NCBI GenBank assembly: GCA_017453125.1
Contig: JAFTKS010000007.1
Coordinates: 28,361 to 92,360 of the forward strand
Origin: Clostridia bacterium
Lineage (GTDB): Bacteria > Bacillota > Clostridia > Christensenellales > UBA1242
Length of the DNA: 64,000 nucleotides
Direction: 5' to 3'
A program made the position numbers and the translations under genes. This document shows, piece by piece, positions 1-8,913 of this stretch; the stretch's first letter is position 1, and each line of letters starts with the position of its first letter. The notes under the pieces are model-generated. The model was not told the DNA's origin. It saw only the letters and a program-made list of their open reading frames with translations, and did not search any database.

Positions 1-1
1 T

Positions 2-523
2 AGTAGACTTCTAGAAGATAGAATTGTTTTTATTACCGGTGAAATAAATGATGCTACAGCAAATACTGTTGTTGCACAACTTATATATTTGGAGGCAAAG
101 AATCCAGATAAAGATATCTGTGTGTACATAAATAGTCCTGGCGGTAGTGTAACTGCTGGAATGGCTATTTATGATACAATGAAATATGTTAAGTGTGATG
201 TTTCAACTATTTGTATTGGTCTTGCTGCATCTATGGGTGCTTTCCTTCTTGCAGCGGGAACAAAAGGAAAAAGATTTTGTTTGCCAAATAGCGAAGTTAT
301 GATTCATCAGCCATTGGGTGGTGCTCAAGGTCAAGCTAGTGATATTGAAATCACTGCAAATCATATCATTCAAACTAAGAAAAAGATGATAGAAATGCTT
401 TCAAAAAATACCGGTCAATCTATTGAAAAAGTCAGCAAAGATGTTGATAGGGATTATTTTATGACTGCAGAAGAGTCGGTAAAATATGGCTTGGTAGACA
501 AGGTAATTACAAGGGAAAAATAA
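2..523 (+). CDS. clpP: ClpP, ATP-dependent Clp protease proteolytic subunit (5' end cut by window edge)
   Basis: The frame of ORF 89..523 stays open back to nt 2 ([35 protein letters not shown]). Catalytic Ser context [11 protein letters not shown] and His context VMIHQPLGG. clpX follows. Confidence 0.95.
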   Translation, partial: SRLLEDRIVFITGEINDATANTVVAQLIYLEAKNPDKDICVYINSPGGSVTAGMAIYDTMKYVKCDVSTICIGLAASMGAFLLAAGTKGKRFCLPNSEVMIHQPLGGAQGQASDIEITANHIIQTKKKMIEMLSKNTGQSIEKVSKDVDRDYFMTAEESVKYGLVDKVITREK

Positions 524-534
524 ATTATTGAGAG

Positions 535-600
535 GTACTATGCTATTTGTTGTTTTTGCCTAAATGAAGGTAATATATATAACTAGCATAGTACATTTTT
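535..600 (+). terminator. Long-loop inverted repeat plus T-run between clpP and clpX (possible attenuator/terminator)
   Basis: Perfect 11-nt arms GTACTATGCTA (535-545) and TAGCATAGTAC (584-594), followed by ATTTTTTA. Confidence 0.35.
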
Positions 601-617
601 TATATGGGGGATTTTTA

Positions 618-1901
618 ATGGACGATCGAATGGACAAGATTATTATGGAGTGTTCTTTTTGTGGAAGAACTCAGCTCGAAACCAAAAATATGATTACTAG
701 CCCAGATGGCTCAACGTTCATATGTGAACAATGTGTATCTGTATGTTCCGAAATGTTGGATAAAGCAAAAAGAGCAAAAACACAAGACAAGATTCAACTG
801 CCAACTCCTAGACAATTAAAGGCAATGTTAGATGAGTATGTTATAGGACAAGATGAGGCAAAAAGAGTACTCAGTGTTGCTGTATATAATCATTACAAGA
901 GAATTAATTATAACATTGATATTGAAAAGAACGAGAATACAAAAAAAGAAGCTCTTGATTTGGAGAAGAGTAACGTTCTGCTCATTGGACCTACAGGTAG
1001 TGGAAAGACAATGCTTGCAAGAATACTTGCAAAAATTCTAAAAGTTCCATTTGCAACTGCTGATGCTACTTGTCTTACTGAGGCGGGTTATGTTGGAGAA
1101 GATGTTGAGAACATTCTTTTGAAACTTATTCAGAATGCTAATGGCGATATCAAAAAGGCTGAACAGGGAATTATATATATTGATGAAATAGATAAAATTA
1201 CTCGTAAGTCAGAGAATCCAAGTATTACAAGAGACGTAAGTGGCGAGGGTGTACAACAAGCACTTCTAAAGATTATTGAAAGTACTATTGCAAATGTTCC
1301 ACCACAAGGCGGTCGAAAACATCCACAACAGGAACTTCTTCAAATTAATACTAAAAATATCTTATTTATTTGTGGTGGTGCTTTTGTTGGGCTTGATAAA
1401 ATTATTGAGAAACGTCAAAACAAGACAAGTCTAGGGTTCTCTGCAGAAGATGTAAAAGCCGAAGAGAAAAAGACAAGTGAAATTATTAAGAACATTCAAC
1501 CACAAGATTTGATAAAGTACGGACTTATTCCTGAGTTTGTTGGTAGACTTCCAATTGTTGTTGGGCTTGACGAACTTACAGAAGACGCTCTTGTGAAGAT
1601 TATGACAGAGCCTAAAAATGCGCTTGTAAAACAATATAATACAATGTTCAAAATTGATGGTGTCAAACTTGACTTCAAGGATAGTGCGGTAAAAGCTGTA
1701 GCTAAAAAGGCAATGAAGTTGAAAACAGGTGCTAGAGGACTTAGGACTATTATGGAAGATATAATGCTAGACATTATGTTTGTAACACCTGATGACAAGA
1801 CAATTGAGAAAATTGTTGTGACAGACGATACCGTTAATGGTAAAGAACCAGAAGTTATAAGGAAGAAAGAAGAGAAAGAAACAGAAGAAAAATCTGCATA
1901 G
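618..1901 (+). CDS. clpX: ClpX, ATP-dependent Clp protease ATP-binding subunit
   Basis: N-terminal zinc ribbon CSFCGR...CEQC, Walker A GPTGSGKT, Walker [10 protein letters not shown]. Start placed at ATG 618, with GGGGGA 6 nt upstream, rather than ORF start 564. Confidence 0.95.
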   Translation: MDDRMDKIIMECSFCGRTQLETKNMITSPDGSTFICEQCVSVCSEMLDKAKRAKTQDKIQLPTPRQLKAMLDEYVIGQDEAKRVLSVAVYNHYKRINYNIDIEKNENTKKEALDLEKSNVLLIGPTGSGKTMLARILAKILKVPFATADATCLTEAGYVGEDVENILLKLIQNANGDIKKAEQGIIYIDEIDKITRKSENPSITRDVSGEGVQQALLKIIESTIANVPPQGGRKHPQQELLQINTKNILFICGGAFVGLDKIIEKRQNKTSLGFSAEDVKAEEKKTSEIIKNIQPQDLIKYGLIPEFVGRLPIVVGLDELTEDALVKIMTEPKNALVKQYNTMFKIDGVKLDFKDSAVKAVAKKAMKLKTGARGLRTIMEDIMLDIMFVTPDDKTIEKIVVTDDTVNGKEPEVIRKKEEKETEEKSA

Positions 1902-1910
1902 AGGAGTCTT

Positions 1911-2510
1911 ATGGAAATAAAAAGTGCAGTATTTGAGACTAGTGCTACCAATCCTCAGAAAATGATGGGGAGTGGTAAGATGGAAATTGCCTTCGTTGGC
2001 AGAAGTAATGTGGGCAAAAGTAGTCTTATAAATATGCTAACTAAGAAAAATAAACTTTGTAAAACTAGTTCCACTCCTGGTAGAACTAGGCTTATTAATT
2101 ATTTTTTGATTAATGACAACATTTATTTTGTTGATCTTCCTGGGTATGGATATGCAAAGGCAAGTAAATCCGAGGTAGAAGGTTGGCAGGGAATGATTGA
2201 GCCGTATTTGGTTGAGAATGAGAATTTGAAATGTGTATGTATGCTTGTCGATAGTAGAATTGAACCCACAGCACAAGATAAACAAATGCTTAAATTTTTG
2301 AATTACTATCAGATTCCTTTTATTATAATTGCAACTAAGTGTGATAAGTTTGGGAAAAGCCAAGTAAAGCCTCAGATGCAAAAAATAGCAAATTTTCTTG
2401 GTGTGGGGAAAGATAATGTTTTCCCATCTTCAAGCGATACAGGATATGGTAGGCTGGATATTTTAAATAAAATGGATCAATTTTTAGAAGAAAGAGGTAG
2501 TGACTTTTGA
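1911..2510 (+). CDS. engB: Ribosome biogenesis GTP-binding protein EngB/YsxC
   Basis: G1 motif [12 protein letters not shown] and G3 motif DLPGYG, TKCDK. GAGGAG RBS 5 nt upstream. Conserved position after clpX. Confidence 0.9.
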   Translation: MEIKSAVFETSATNPQKMMGSGKMEIAFVGRSNVGKSSLINMLTKKNKLCKTSSTPGRTRLINYFLINDNIYFVDLPGYGYAKASKSEVEGWQGMIEPYLVENENLKCVCMLVDSRIEPTAQDKQMLKFLNYYQIPFIIIATKCDKFGKSQVKPQMQKIANFLGVGKDNVFPSSSDTGYGRLDILNKMDQFLEERGSDF

Positions 2511-2641
2511 TGTTACTACTCTTTTTTGATGTTCAGAGATAAAGGGCGATTTTGTACAAAATAGTGACTATTGACTTTGCAAATATGTATATGATAAAAT
2601 ATATTAATTAGAATTATGGGATTTTTTATAAAGGTGGAGAT

Positions 2642-5158
2642 ATGTTTGATCAGTTTGATCTTATCAAGAAAGTTGATAAGGAAAACAAAGTGTTTTACGA
2701 ACTGCATATGAGGAATGGTGTTGAAGTAGTTCCAAATATGAGTGATGTGTTACAAGCAAGTGGGCATAATCACTCGACTGTTCGAAAAGTTGTCTTGCCC
2801 CAAAGTGTAAAAGCATTAAATAATTTTGCGTTTAGTAATTTTAGTTCTCTTAGTGAAGTCAATTTGCCGAATGGTCTTGAGAGAATTGAGGGGTCGGCGT
2901 TTTTTGGTTGTGAAAATTTAAAGAGTATAAATTTGCCAGAAAGTCTTTTGAGTTTGGGGACTTGTGTCTTTCAGGGTTCGGGATTAGAATCGGTTGAAGT
3001 TCCGAATAGTGTGGATTTTATAGGTGCGGGTGCGTTTAGAAGTTGTAAGAATTTGAAAAAGGTAAAACTTCCAGAAAGTATGTTTGTTATTCCTTTGTTT
3101 TGCTTTAGAGAATGTGTTAATTTGACTCAATTAGAAATGCCCAAGGTATTGAATAAGATTCAAGACTCGGCATTCCATCGTTGTTCAAAATTGGAAAAGA
3201 TTGAAATTCCAGATTGTGTAACGTCTATTTCTCAGGAGTGTTTTGCTGGTTGTTGGGAGCTGAAAGATATTCGTTTGCCGGAATCTCTGAAGTATATAGG
3301 TGATAGATGTTTTTTTAGTTGTGGAAGTTTAGAGAAGATTAATATTCCAGATGGGGTAACCATTGTTAGACGAGGAACCTTTGATCATTGTGTGAGTTTG
3401 CAAGTTGTAGAGGGAATGAAAAATGTCGTAGGTTTGGAAGTGGCGGCATTTAATTTTTGTTCTAGCTTGACAGATCTTAAATTCAATGAGGGGTTGTTAA
3501 GAGTTGATTCTGAGGCGTTTCAAAGATGTAATCTTCTTAAAACGGTTGAATTGCCGTCAACACTTCTTAGAATAGGGGCAAATGCCTTTGCTTATTGTTC
3601 TAATTTGAAGAAGGTTACTTTCAAAAATCCACACAAAGATTTGGTTATTAGAAATGATAATGGAATAGAAGATTTGGGGTATTGTAACTATTTTTATTTT
3701 GATCGAGAAAATGGTGGTATGACCATTACAACTCGAGAAGATGTAGAGTTGGCAAAACATTCCTATGTTGATATGTTGGATCCGTTTTTAACTGAATACA
3801 ATATTACTCATAATTATCGAAAAAACTTCGTAACGGCGAATAAATTAAAAGAAATGCATAGTACAAGATATATTCCTCAAAGATATATTATGGAAATGTT
3901 TCCTTGTGATATTTTTGGAAATTATTACAAAAACAAAAATGATATTCAATATGGTAGATTGGTTCGCGAGTTGGGGTTTGATTTGTTGGTTGATGGTAAG
4001 GAAGAGTCTTTGAATGGATTGTTTAAAATTTACTATGCTTTAGGTGGTTTTTCTGAAAATCCATTAGAGGCTAGAAAGGCTTATGATTATGTTTTGAATG
4101 ATGTCGTTGTTAAAAATGATTTTGCAGAAATAATTGGAAGCGATCTTCACGAGAGGTTTACTGGCTTTCAAATAGAAAGACCATATAATCCAATGTTTGC
4201 GCAGTTCTTTATGAAATACTATAGAAAAGACCATAATTTTATGTGGTTTGATATAGATACGGGAGGCTATCATAGTGGGCAAGATTATTTGTGGTCGGCA
4301 CATAATAATTTTGATAATATTGTAAAAGCGTTTCCAAATAGAACAGTCAATACAAATGAAAGAAGGGCGTGCTTGACTCCTAGATTTGTAGCAGAGCATT
4401 GTAATCAGATTGTATATAATTATGTGAATATTGGTAATAAAGAGTTTGCGGGACTTGTGGGTAGGTATGGATATTCGCAAGCGCAATTCGAGAGAATGCA
4501 AGAAATATTTGATAGTGCAAAAGTGACAAAGGGTGATTCTGTTATTTGTGCTGATGAGGCTAAATGTGATGATGCAATTACTTTTAGAGTTCTTGAAAAA
4601 GATGATCCTTTAGGGTTTGTTTTGGGAGATATAACCAATTGCTGTCAGCGATTCGGGTCTGAGGCTGAGAGTTGTGTAATAGATGGATATACAAATAAAA
4701 ATGCGGGATTCTTAGTTTTTGAGGAGAATGTCAAAGATGGTAATGGTTGTTTGACTGATGAAAAAAGAATTCTTGCTCAGGCATATATCTATTATGATCC
4801 AGAAACAAAAACTATTTGTTATGACAATATTGAGATACCAACTAATATTATAAATGAATTAAGGTATGGCAAAAAAACTAGGCAGGGGCGTTGTGTTACT
4901 TATACTGATTTTGATAAGGCGGTCAATTCTTCTGCTGTGGCGATAATGAATGCGATGAATCGAAAAGGTGTGGCTGTTGAAAGGGTTACTATTGGTGCTG
5001 GATATAATGATTTGAAAGAACATCTTTCTGGTAAATATCATATTGTTGATAAGAAAAATATGGCAGTGCATAGAAGTTATTATGGTTATTCAGACTCAAG
5101 GGGAACTCAATACGAGATAAAAAATATAAACAAGGAAGAGTCTGTTTTAGAAAAATAA
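2642..5158 (+). CDS. Leucine-rich-repeat (BspA/LRR_5-type) protein with a large uncharacterized C-terminal region, no signal peptide
   Basis: About 12 repeats of the pattern L..I.LP.SL..IG..AF..C..L across aa ~45-330. The C-terminal ~500 aa has no motif I recognise (contains GDITNCCQRFGSEAESC). The N-terminus is not hydrophobic. Confidence 0.6.
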   Translation: MFDQFDLIKKVDKENKVFYELHMRNGVEVVPNMSDVLQASGHNHSTVRKVVLPQSVKALNNFAFSNFSSLSEVNLPNGLERIEGSAFFGCENLKSINLPESLLSLGTCVFQGSGLESVEVPNSVDFIGAGAFRSCKNLKKVKLPESMFVIPLFCFRECVNLTQLEMPKVLNKIQDSAFHRCSKLEKIEIPDCVTSISQECFAGCWELKDIRLPESLKYIGDRCFFSCGSLEKINIPDGVTIVRRGTFDHCVSLQVVEGMKNVVGLEVAAFNFCSSLTDLKFNEGLLRVDSEAFQRCNLLKTVELPSTLLRIGANAFAYCSNLKKVTFKNPHKDLVIRNDNGIEDLGYCNYFYFDRENGGMTITTREDVELAKHSYVDMLDPFLTEYNITHNYRKNFVTANKLKEMHSTRYIPQRYIMEMFPCDIFGNYYKNKNDIQYGRLVRELGFDLLVDGKEESLNGLFKIYYALGGFSENPLEARKAYDYVLNDVVVKNDFAEIIGSDLHERFTGFQIERPYNPMFAQFFMKYYRKDHNFMWFDIDTGGYHSGQDYLWSAHNNFDNIVKAFPNRTVNTNERRACLTPRFVAEHCNQIVYNYVNIGNKEFAGLVGRYGYSQAQFERMQEIFDSAKVTKGDSVICADEAKCDDAITFRVLEKDDPLGFVLGDITNCCQRFGSEAESCVIDGYTNKNAGFLVFEENVKDGNGCLTDEKRILAQAYIYYDPETKTICYDNIEIPTNIINELRYGKKTRQGRCVTYTDFDKAVNSSAVAIMNAMNRKGVAVERVTIGAGYNDLKEHLSGKYHIVDKKNMAVHRSYYGYSDSRGTQYEIKNINKEESVLEK

Positions 5159-5270
5159 TATAGTATGCAAATTATAAATAAATACTAAAAATAATTATTT
5201 TTCAGATTTTGTCACTTTTTGAATATAAAAGGCATATAAATTACCATACAATCTTTTAGGAGGTAATTTT

Positions 5271-5942
5271 ATGTCTTTTTTTTCCGGAAACAGACAAGGT
5301 TGTAATCCTGGGCCTATAACTGGTAATCCTTTGCAAGGATTGTGTGAAAAGGCTTGTATTCAAACGACAAAAGTATTTGATGCGTGTATGAAACAATTAC
5401 AATTGGACAATACGCAAATAACATTAACTGATTTGGTTCCTGCAGATCCTGCTTTGCCATTGACATTTGTTAGTTGTTCTACGCAAACTAATAATGTAAC
5501 TATCAATAATTTGCTTGTAGATAGATTTGATGATAAACCTTGTTTTGCAAGGGTTACAGGAACTGTTGTTGTTCCTATTACTGTAAGCTATACAGATGCT
5601 AATGGTGTTGTAGGAAGTGGTGTTGGATCAATTAATATTCCTATTGATGTTGTACTATATGTACCACAACCTTCTGTTGTACCTTATCAAGTAACCGCTT
5701 TTGCTAATGCAATTTGTTCGGGTGGGGCTTTTGTTGATGGTTCGACATTCACTATTAGTCCTTGTTTGACGCTTATTATAAGGGTTGTTGTTGATGCTGA
5801 ATTGTTAGTGCCTACATATGGCTATTGTCAGATTCCGCCTTGTCAAGACTTTACTCAAGACGTTTGTACTGGATTCTTTGATTTGCCTTTGTATCCTGCT
5901 CAACAATCGGTCAATTCTCCAACTCAATGTAATTTAAATTAA
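5271..5942 (+). CDS. Cys-rich hypothetical protein, possibly spore-associated
   Basis: 223 aa with 12 Cys (GLCEKACIQTTKVFDACMKQ ... YGYCQIPPCQDFTQDVCTGFF) and no signal peptide. AGGAGG RBS. The function call is speculative. Confidence 0.3.
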   Translation: MSFFSGNRQGCNPGPITGNPLQGLCEKACIQTTKVFDACMKQLQLDNTQITLTDLVPADPALPLTFVSCSTQTNNVTINNLLVDRFDDKPCFARVTGTVVVPITVSYTDANGVVGSGVGSINIPIDVVLYVPQPSVVPYQVTAFANAICSGGAFVDGSTFTISPCLTLIIRVVVDAELLVPTYGYCQIPPCQDFTQDVCTGFFDLPLYPAQQSVNSPTQCNLN

Positions 5943-5952
5943 ATCAATTTAG

Positions 5953-5984
5953 TCCACCTTCAAAATATAGGTGGATTTTTTTTT
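5953..5984 (+). terminator. Rho-independent terminator
   Basis: TCCACCT (5953-5959) pairs with AGGTGGA (5969-5975), followed by T9. Confidence 0.8.
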
Positions 5985-6068
5985 GGCATTTTGTGAAGAT
6001 TATCAGTTTTTTGCATAATGGAGTTGTTAAATGTTACAAAGTTTGTTAAAATTATCTTAGGAGAAATT

Positions 6069-6761
6069 ATGAAAGTATTTGCTATAAGTGATTTGCATTT
6101 GAGTATTAATAGTGAAAAGCCTATGGATATATTTGGTCCTGTTTGGGACGGATATCTAGAAGAAATTGAAAAAGACTGGAATCAGAAGGTGTCGGACGAT
6201 GATGTTGTTTTGATTTCTGGGGATATTTCTTGGGCAATGCGTTTGGGTGAGGCTGTTGATGATTTGAATTATATTAAGTCCTTGAGAGGAAACAAAGTAA
6301 TAATTAAGGGAAATCACGATTATTGGTGGAGTGCTATTGGTGAATTGCGTAGAAATCTTGATGAGAAGACTTTTGCACTTCAGAATGATGCTGTTAGGTT
6401 CGATGGTGTGGTTGTCTGTGGCTCAAGGGGTTGGACTGTTCCTGAGGGAATGGTTGAGTCGCAAGATGAGAAAATATACAAAAGAGAATTAATTCGAATG
6501 GATTTGTCTCTGAGGTCTGCTCAAGTTTTGAGGCAAGATGGAGACAAGCTCATTGTTATGACACATTTTCCTCCGTTTAATTATAAAATGGAAGACAGTG
6601 AGATGATGTCGTTATTTGAAAAATATAACGTTGATATTGTTGTTTTTGGGCATTTGCATAGTTATGACAAAAAACAAAAATTGGTTTTTGAGAAGAATGG
6701 CATTAAATATTATTTGACATCTTGTGATTTAGTAGAAAATAAATTGGTAGAAATATTGTGA
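6069..6761 (+). CDS. Metallophosphoesterase (calcineurin-like phosphohydrolase)
   Basis: Motifs AISDLHL, GDISW, GNHDYW, GHLH. Start moved to ATG 6069, which has an AGGAGA RBS. Confidence 0.8.
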   Translation: MKVFAISDLHLSINSEKPMDIFGPVWDGYLEEIEKDWNQKVSDDDVVLISGDISWAMRLGEAVDDLNYIKSLRGNKVIIKGNHDYWWSAIGELRRNLDEKTFALQNDAVRFDGVVVCGSRGWTVPEGMVESQDEKIYKRELIRMDLSLRSAQVLRQDGDKLIVMTHFPPFNYKMEDSEMMSLFEKYNVDIVVFGHLHSYDKKQKLVFEKNGIKYYLTSCDLVENKLVEIL

Positions 6762-6771
6762 TTGCATAATT

Positions 6772-6803
6772 GAAGTGGTTGTTTGTATAATCACTTCTTT
6801 TTT
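6772..6803 (+). terminator. Rho-independent terminator
   Basis: GAAGTG (6772-6777) pairs with CACTTC (6792-6797), followed by a T-run. Confidence 0.7.
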
Positions 6804-7133
6804 GTGGATAACTCTAAACTTGTGTAATTTTGTGTCTTGTATTTGTAAATGTGCCTATATATAGGGATATTTTAAAATAACTAGATTTTCTTTTTGATGA
6901 ATTTATATTTATGCAATTTGAATAATTCACAGAGTTATCCACAAAGAGATGTTTAATATTGTATTTTTATAAATAAAATTTGTGTAAAATTTTGTCGGTT
7001 ATAAAAGTATAATTGTGCATAAATATAACAAATTATTTCAAACAAAATTTCGAACTTATTGAAAATACTTGCTAAATAAAGCGAAAAAATTAAAAAAATA
7101 TAAAAAATACAAGTTATCCACAATTGTGGATAA
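6803..7133. promoter_or_regulatory. Cluster of four perfect DnaA boxes (TTATCCACA) in the AT-rich spacer upstream of rsmH
   Basis: TGTGGATAA at 6803-6811, TTATCCACA at 6935-6943, TTATCCACA at 7114-7122, TGTGGATAA at 7125-7133. All four sit in the same 10-mer GTTATCCACA. A 1-mismatch box TGTGCATAA lies at 7014-7022. Confidence 0.7.
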
Positions 7134-7134
7134 C
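7113..7134. repeat. Perfect 22-bp palindrome made of two head-to-head DnaA boxes
   Basis: GTTATCCACAATTGTGGATAAC reads identically on both strands. Confidence 0.95.
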
Positions 7135-7355
7135 TATTGTGTAAATATTCAAAAAATGTATAAATTCTTTTTAAAAGACTATGAATTTGTTTTGAATTTA
7201 TGAGTTGTTAATGTATAATTATGAGTATAAAGAGTTGGTTGAAAAACTACTTTGATGTGACTTGATTTTGTATACTCTTTAAAAAATATTCATTGTTTAT
7301 GCATAAATTTATGAGTGTGTTTATTTATGAATGAACAAAGAAAGTAGGAGTGAAA

Positions 7356-8309
7356 ATGGAAGAAACATTTATAAATAATTTTAAACACACTCCAGTACTG
7401 CTGAATGAGTGTCTAGAGGGGCTTAATATTAAGCCGACGGGTATCTATGTTGATGGTACTTTAGGTGGTGGTGGGCATAGTGGAGAAATCCTAAAAAGGC
7501 TCACGACAGGAAAATTGATTGCCTTTGACAAAGATGATGATGCTCTATCTTCTACAAGCAAAAAATTGGCTGAATATGGCGATAAAGTTGTTTTTGTAAA
7601 AAGTGACTTTAAGAATATGAAAGCCAAACTTTTGGAAATGGGGATACAGCAGGTAGATGGTATTCTTCTTGATTTGGGGGTTAGTAGTTATCAGATTGAT
7701 ACTCCAGAAAGAGGGTTCTCATATAGATTTGATGGTGCGCTAGATATGAGAATGGACAAAAGTTCGAGTTTGACTGCTGAAGATGTGGTTAATAATTATA
7801 CTAGAGATGAACTTTTGAGAATACTATATAATTATGGGGAAGAATCTTTTGCAAAACTCATTGTTAATAAAATAATTGAGGCAAGGGAAGAAAAAAGAAT
7901 TAAGACAACTGGGGAATTGGTTTCGCTAATTGAAAGTGCGATTCCAAAAAAATTCTGGGGCAAAGGAAGTGTTGCAAAGAAAACATTTCAAGCAATCAGA
8001 ATTGAAGTGAATGGAGAATTGGAAGGACTGGAAAATGCTATTAATGAAATGGTAGATATGCTTGCAGATGCGGGTAGAATTGCTATCATTACTTTTCATT
8101 CACTTGAGGATAGAATTGTAAAACAAGTCTTTAAATTGCGTACAACTGATTGTATTTGTGATAAAACTATTCCATTTTGTGTTTGTAATCACAGAAAAGA
8201 TGCTATTCTTGTTTCGAAAAAGCCAATTGAGGCTACGAAAGAGGAGTTGCAAAATAACAAAAGGAGTAGTAGTGCTAAGTTGCGTGTGCTTCAAAAAATA
8301 AAAATCTAA
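7356..8309 (+). CDS. rsmH: 16S rRNA (cytosine1402-N4)-methyltransferase RsmH/MraW
   Basis: GTLGGGGHS and DLGVSSYQID motifs. ATG 7356 lies 5 nt after AGGAG. First gene of the dcw cluster here; no mraZ. Confidence 0.93.
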   Translation: MEETFINNFKHTPVLLNECLEGLNIKPTGIYVDGTLGGGGHSGEILKRLTTGKLIAFDKDDDALSSTSKKLAEYGDKVVFVKSDFKNMKAKLLEMGIQQVDGILLDLGVSSYQIDTPERGFSYRFDGALDMRMDKSSSLTAEDVVNNYTRDELLRILYNYGEESFAKLIVNKIIEAREEKRIKTTGELVSLIESAIPKKFWGKGSVAKKTFQAIRIEVNGELEGLENAINEMVDMLADAGRIAIITFHSLEDRIVKQVFKLRTTDCICDKTIPFCVCNHRKDAILVSKKPIEATKEELQNNKRSSSAKLRVLQKIKI

Positions 8310-8323
8310 AAGGAGAATGAAAA

Positions 8324-8908
8324 ATGAGTGCTTTCGGAAAGGTGTCGTATTCTGAAAATGAAAACATAGCTGTAGAAACTGTTTCTGAAGAAATGGAACA
8401 GTCTAGCGTTGTTGAGCAACAAGTAGAGAAGTTTGATACAAACTTTAATTCTGATAAGTTGCAAGAGTTGTATCAAGAATATGATAAAATTACAATTGAT
8501 GAAGAAAAAATCAAGTCTTTGACACAAGTTAAAACTAATGCTGTGTCGACTCGTGTGCCATTCCGTGTTGCACTTGCAATGGGAACTACTTTGGCTGTGA
8601 CTATACTATTGGCATTTTTGTGTATATACAATGTGTTTGTCATAAACGGAATGGGTAGTAGCATAAGTTACTTGCAAGAAGAAGTAATTTCTTATGAACA
8701 AACCTTGGCACAAGCTGAAGGTTTGTATAATGAACTTACTGATCCAGAAGTAATCAAACAAGAACTTCAGGATATGGGATATTCGGAAATTTCTTCTTCA
8801 AATATTGTGGCTATTTCTGTTGGTGAAAAGGCAGAAGTTGTTGAATTACAAGGTGAAACTAATTGGTTTGATGCTGTTTGTAATTTTCTTAGCCGTGTAT
8901 TTGGGTAG
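8324..8908 (+). CDS. FtsL-like bitopic cell-division protein
   Basis: A single TM segment (ALAMGTTLAVTILLAFLCIYNVFVI) followed by a coiled-coil-like segment. Conserved position between rsmH and the PBP. No sequence motif recognised. Confidence 0.5.
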   Translation: MSAFGKVSYSENENIAVETVSEEMEQSSVVEQQVEKFDTNFNSDKLQELYQEYDKITIDEEKIKSLTQVKTNAVSTRVPFRVALAMGTTLAVTILLAFLCIYNVFVINGMGSSISYLQEEVISYEQTLAQAEGLYNELTDPEVIKQELQDMGYSEISSSNIVAISVGEKAEVVELQGETNWFDAVCNFLSRVFG

Positions 8909-8913
8909 GTAAT

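Noticed and set aside
564-617. Upstream starts suggested by the ORF track for clpX (564), metallophosphoesterase (6018), murA (22648), spoIIGA (27368), acyltransferase (33721), rpiB-like (35075) and GlmU-like (50340)
   Set aside because: The extra N-terminal residues have no family similarity, overlap terminators or neighbouring genes, and internal ATG codons have better RBS spacing.
6762-7355. The DnaA-box cluster as the chromosomal replication origin (oriC)
   Set aside because: No dnaA, dnaN or other origin-proximal genes are nearby. Genes on both sides are co-oriented on the + strand, so there is no strand-bias switch. The locus is the leader of the dcw operon. A regulatory or titration DnaA-box cluster is more parsimonious.
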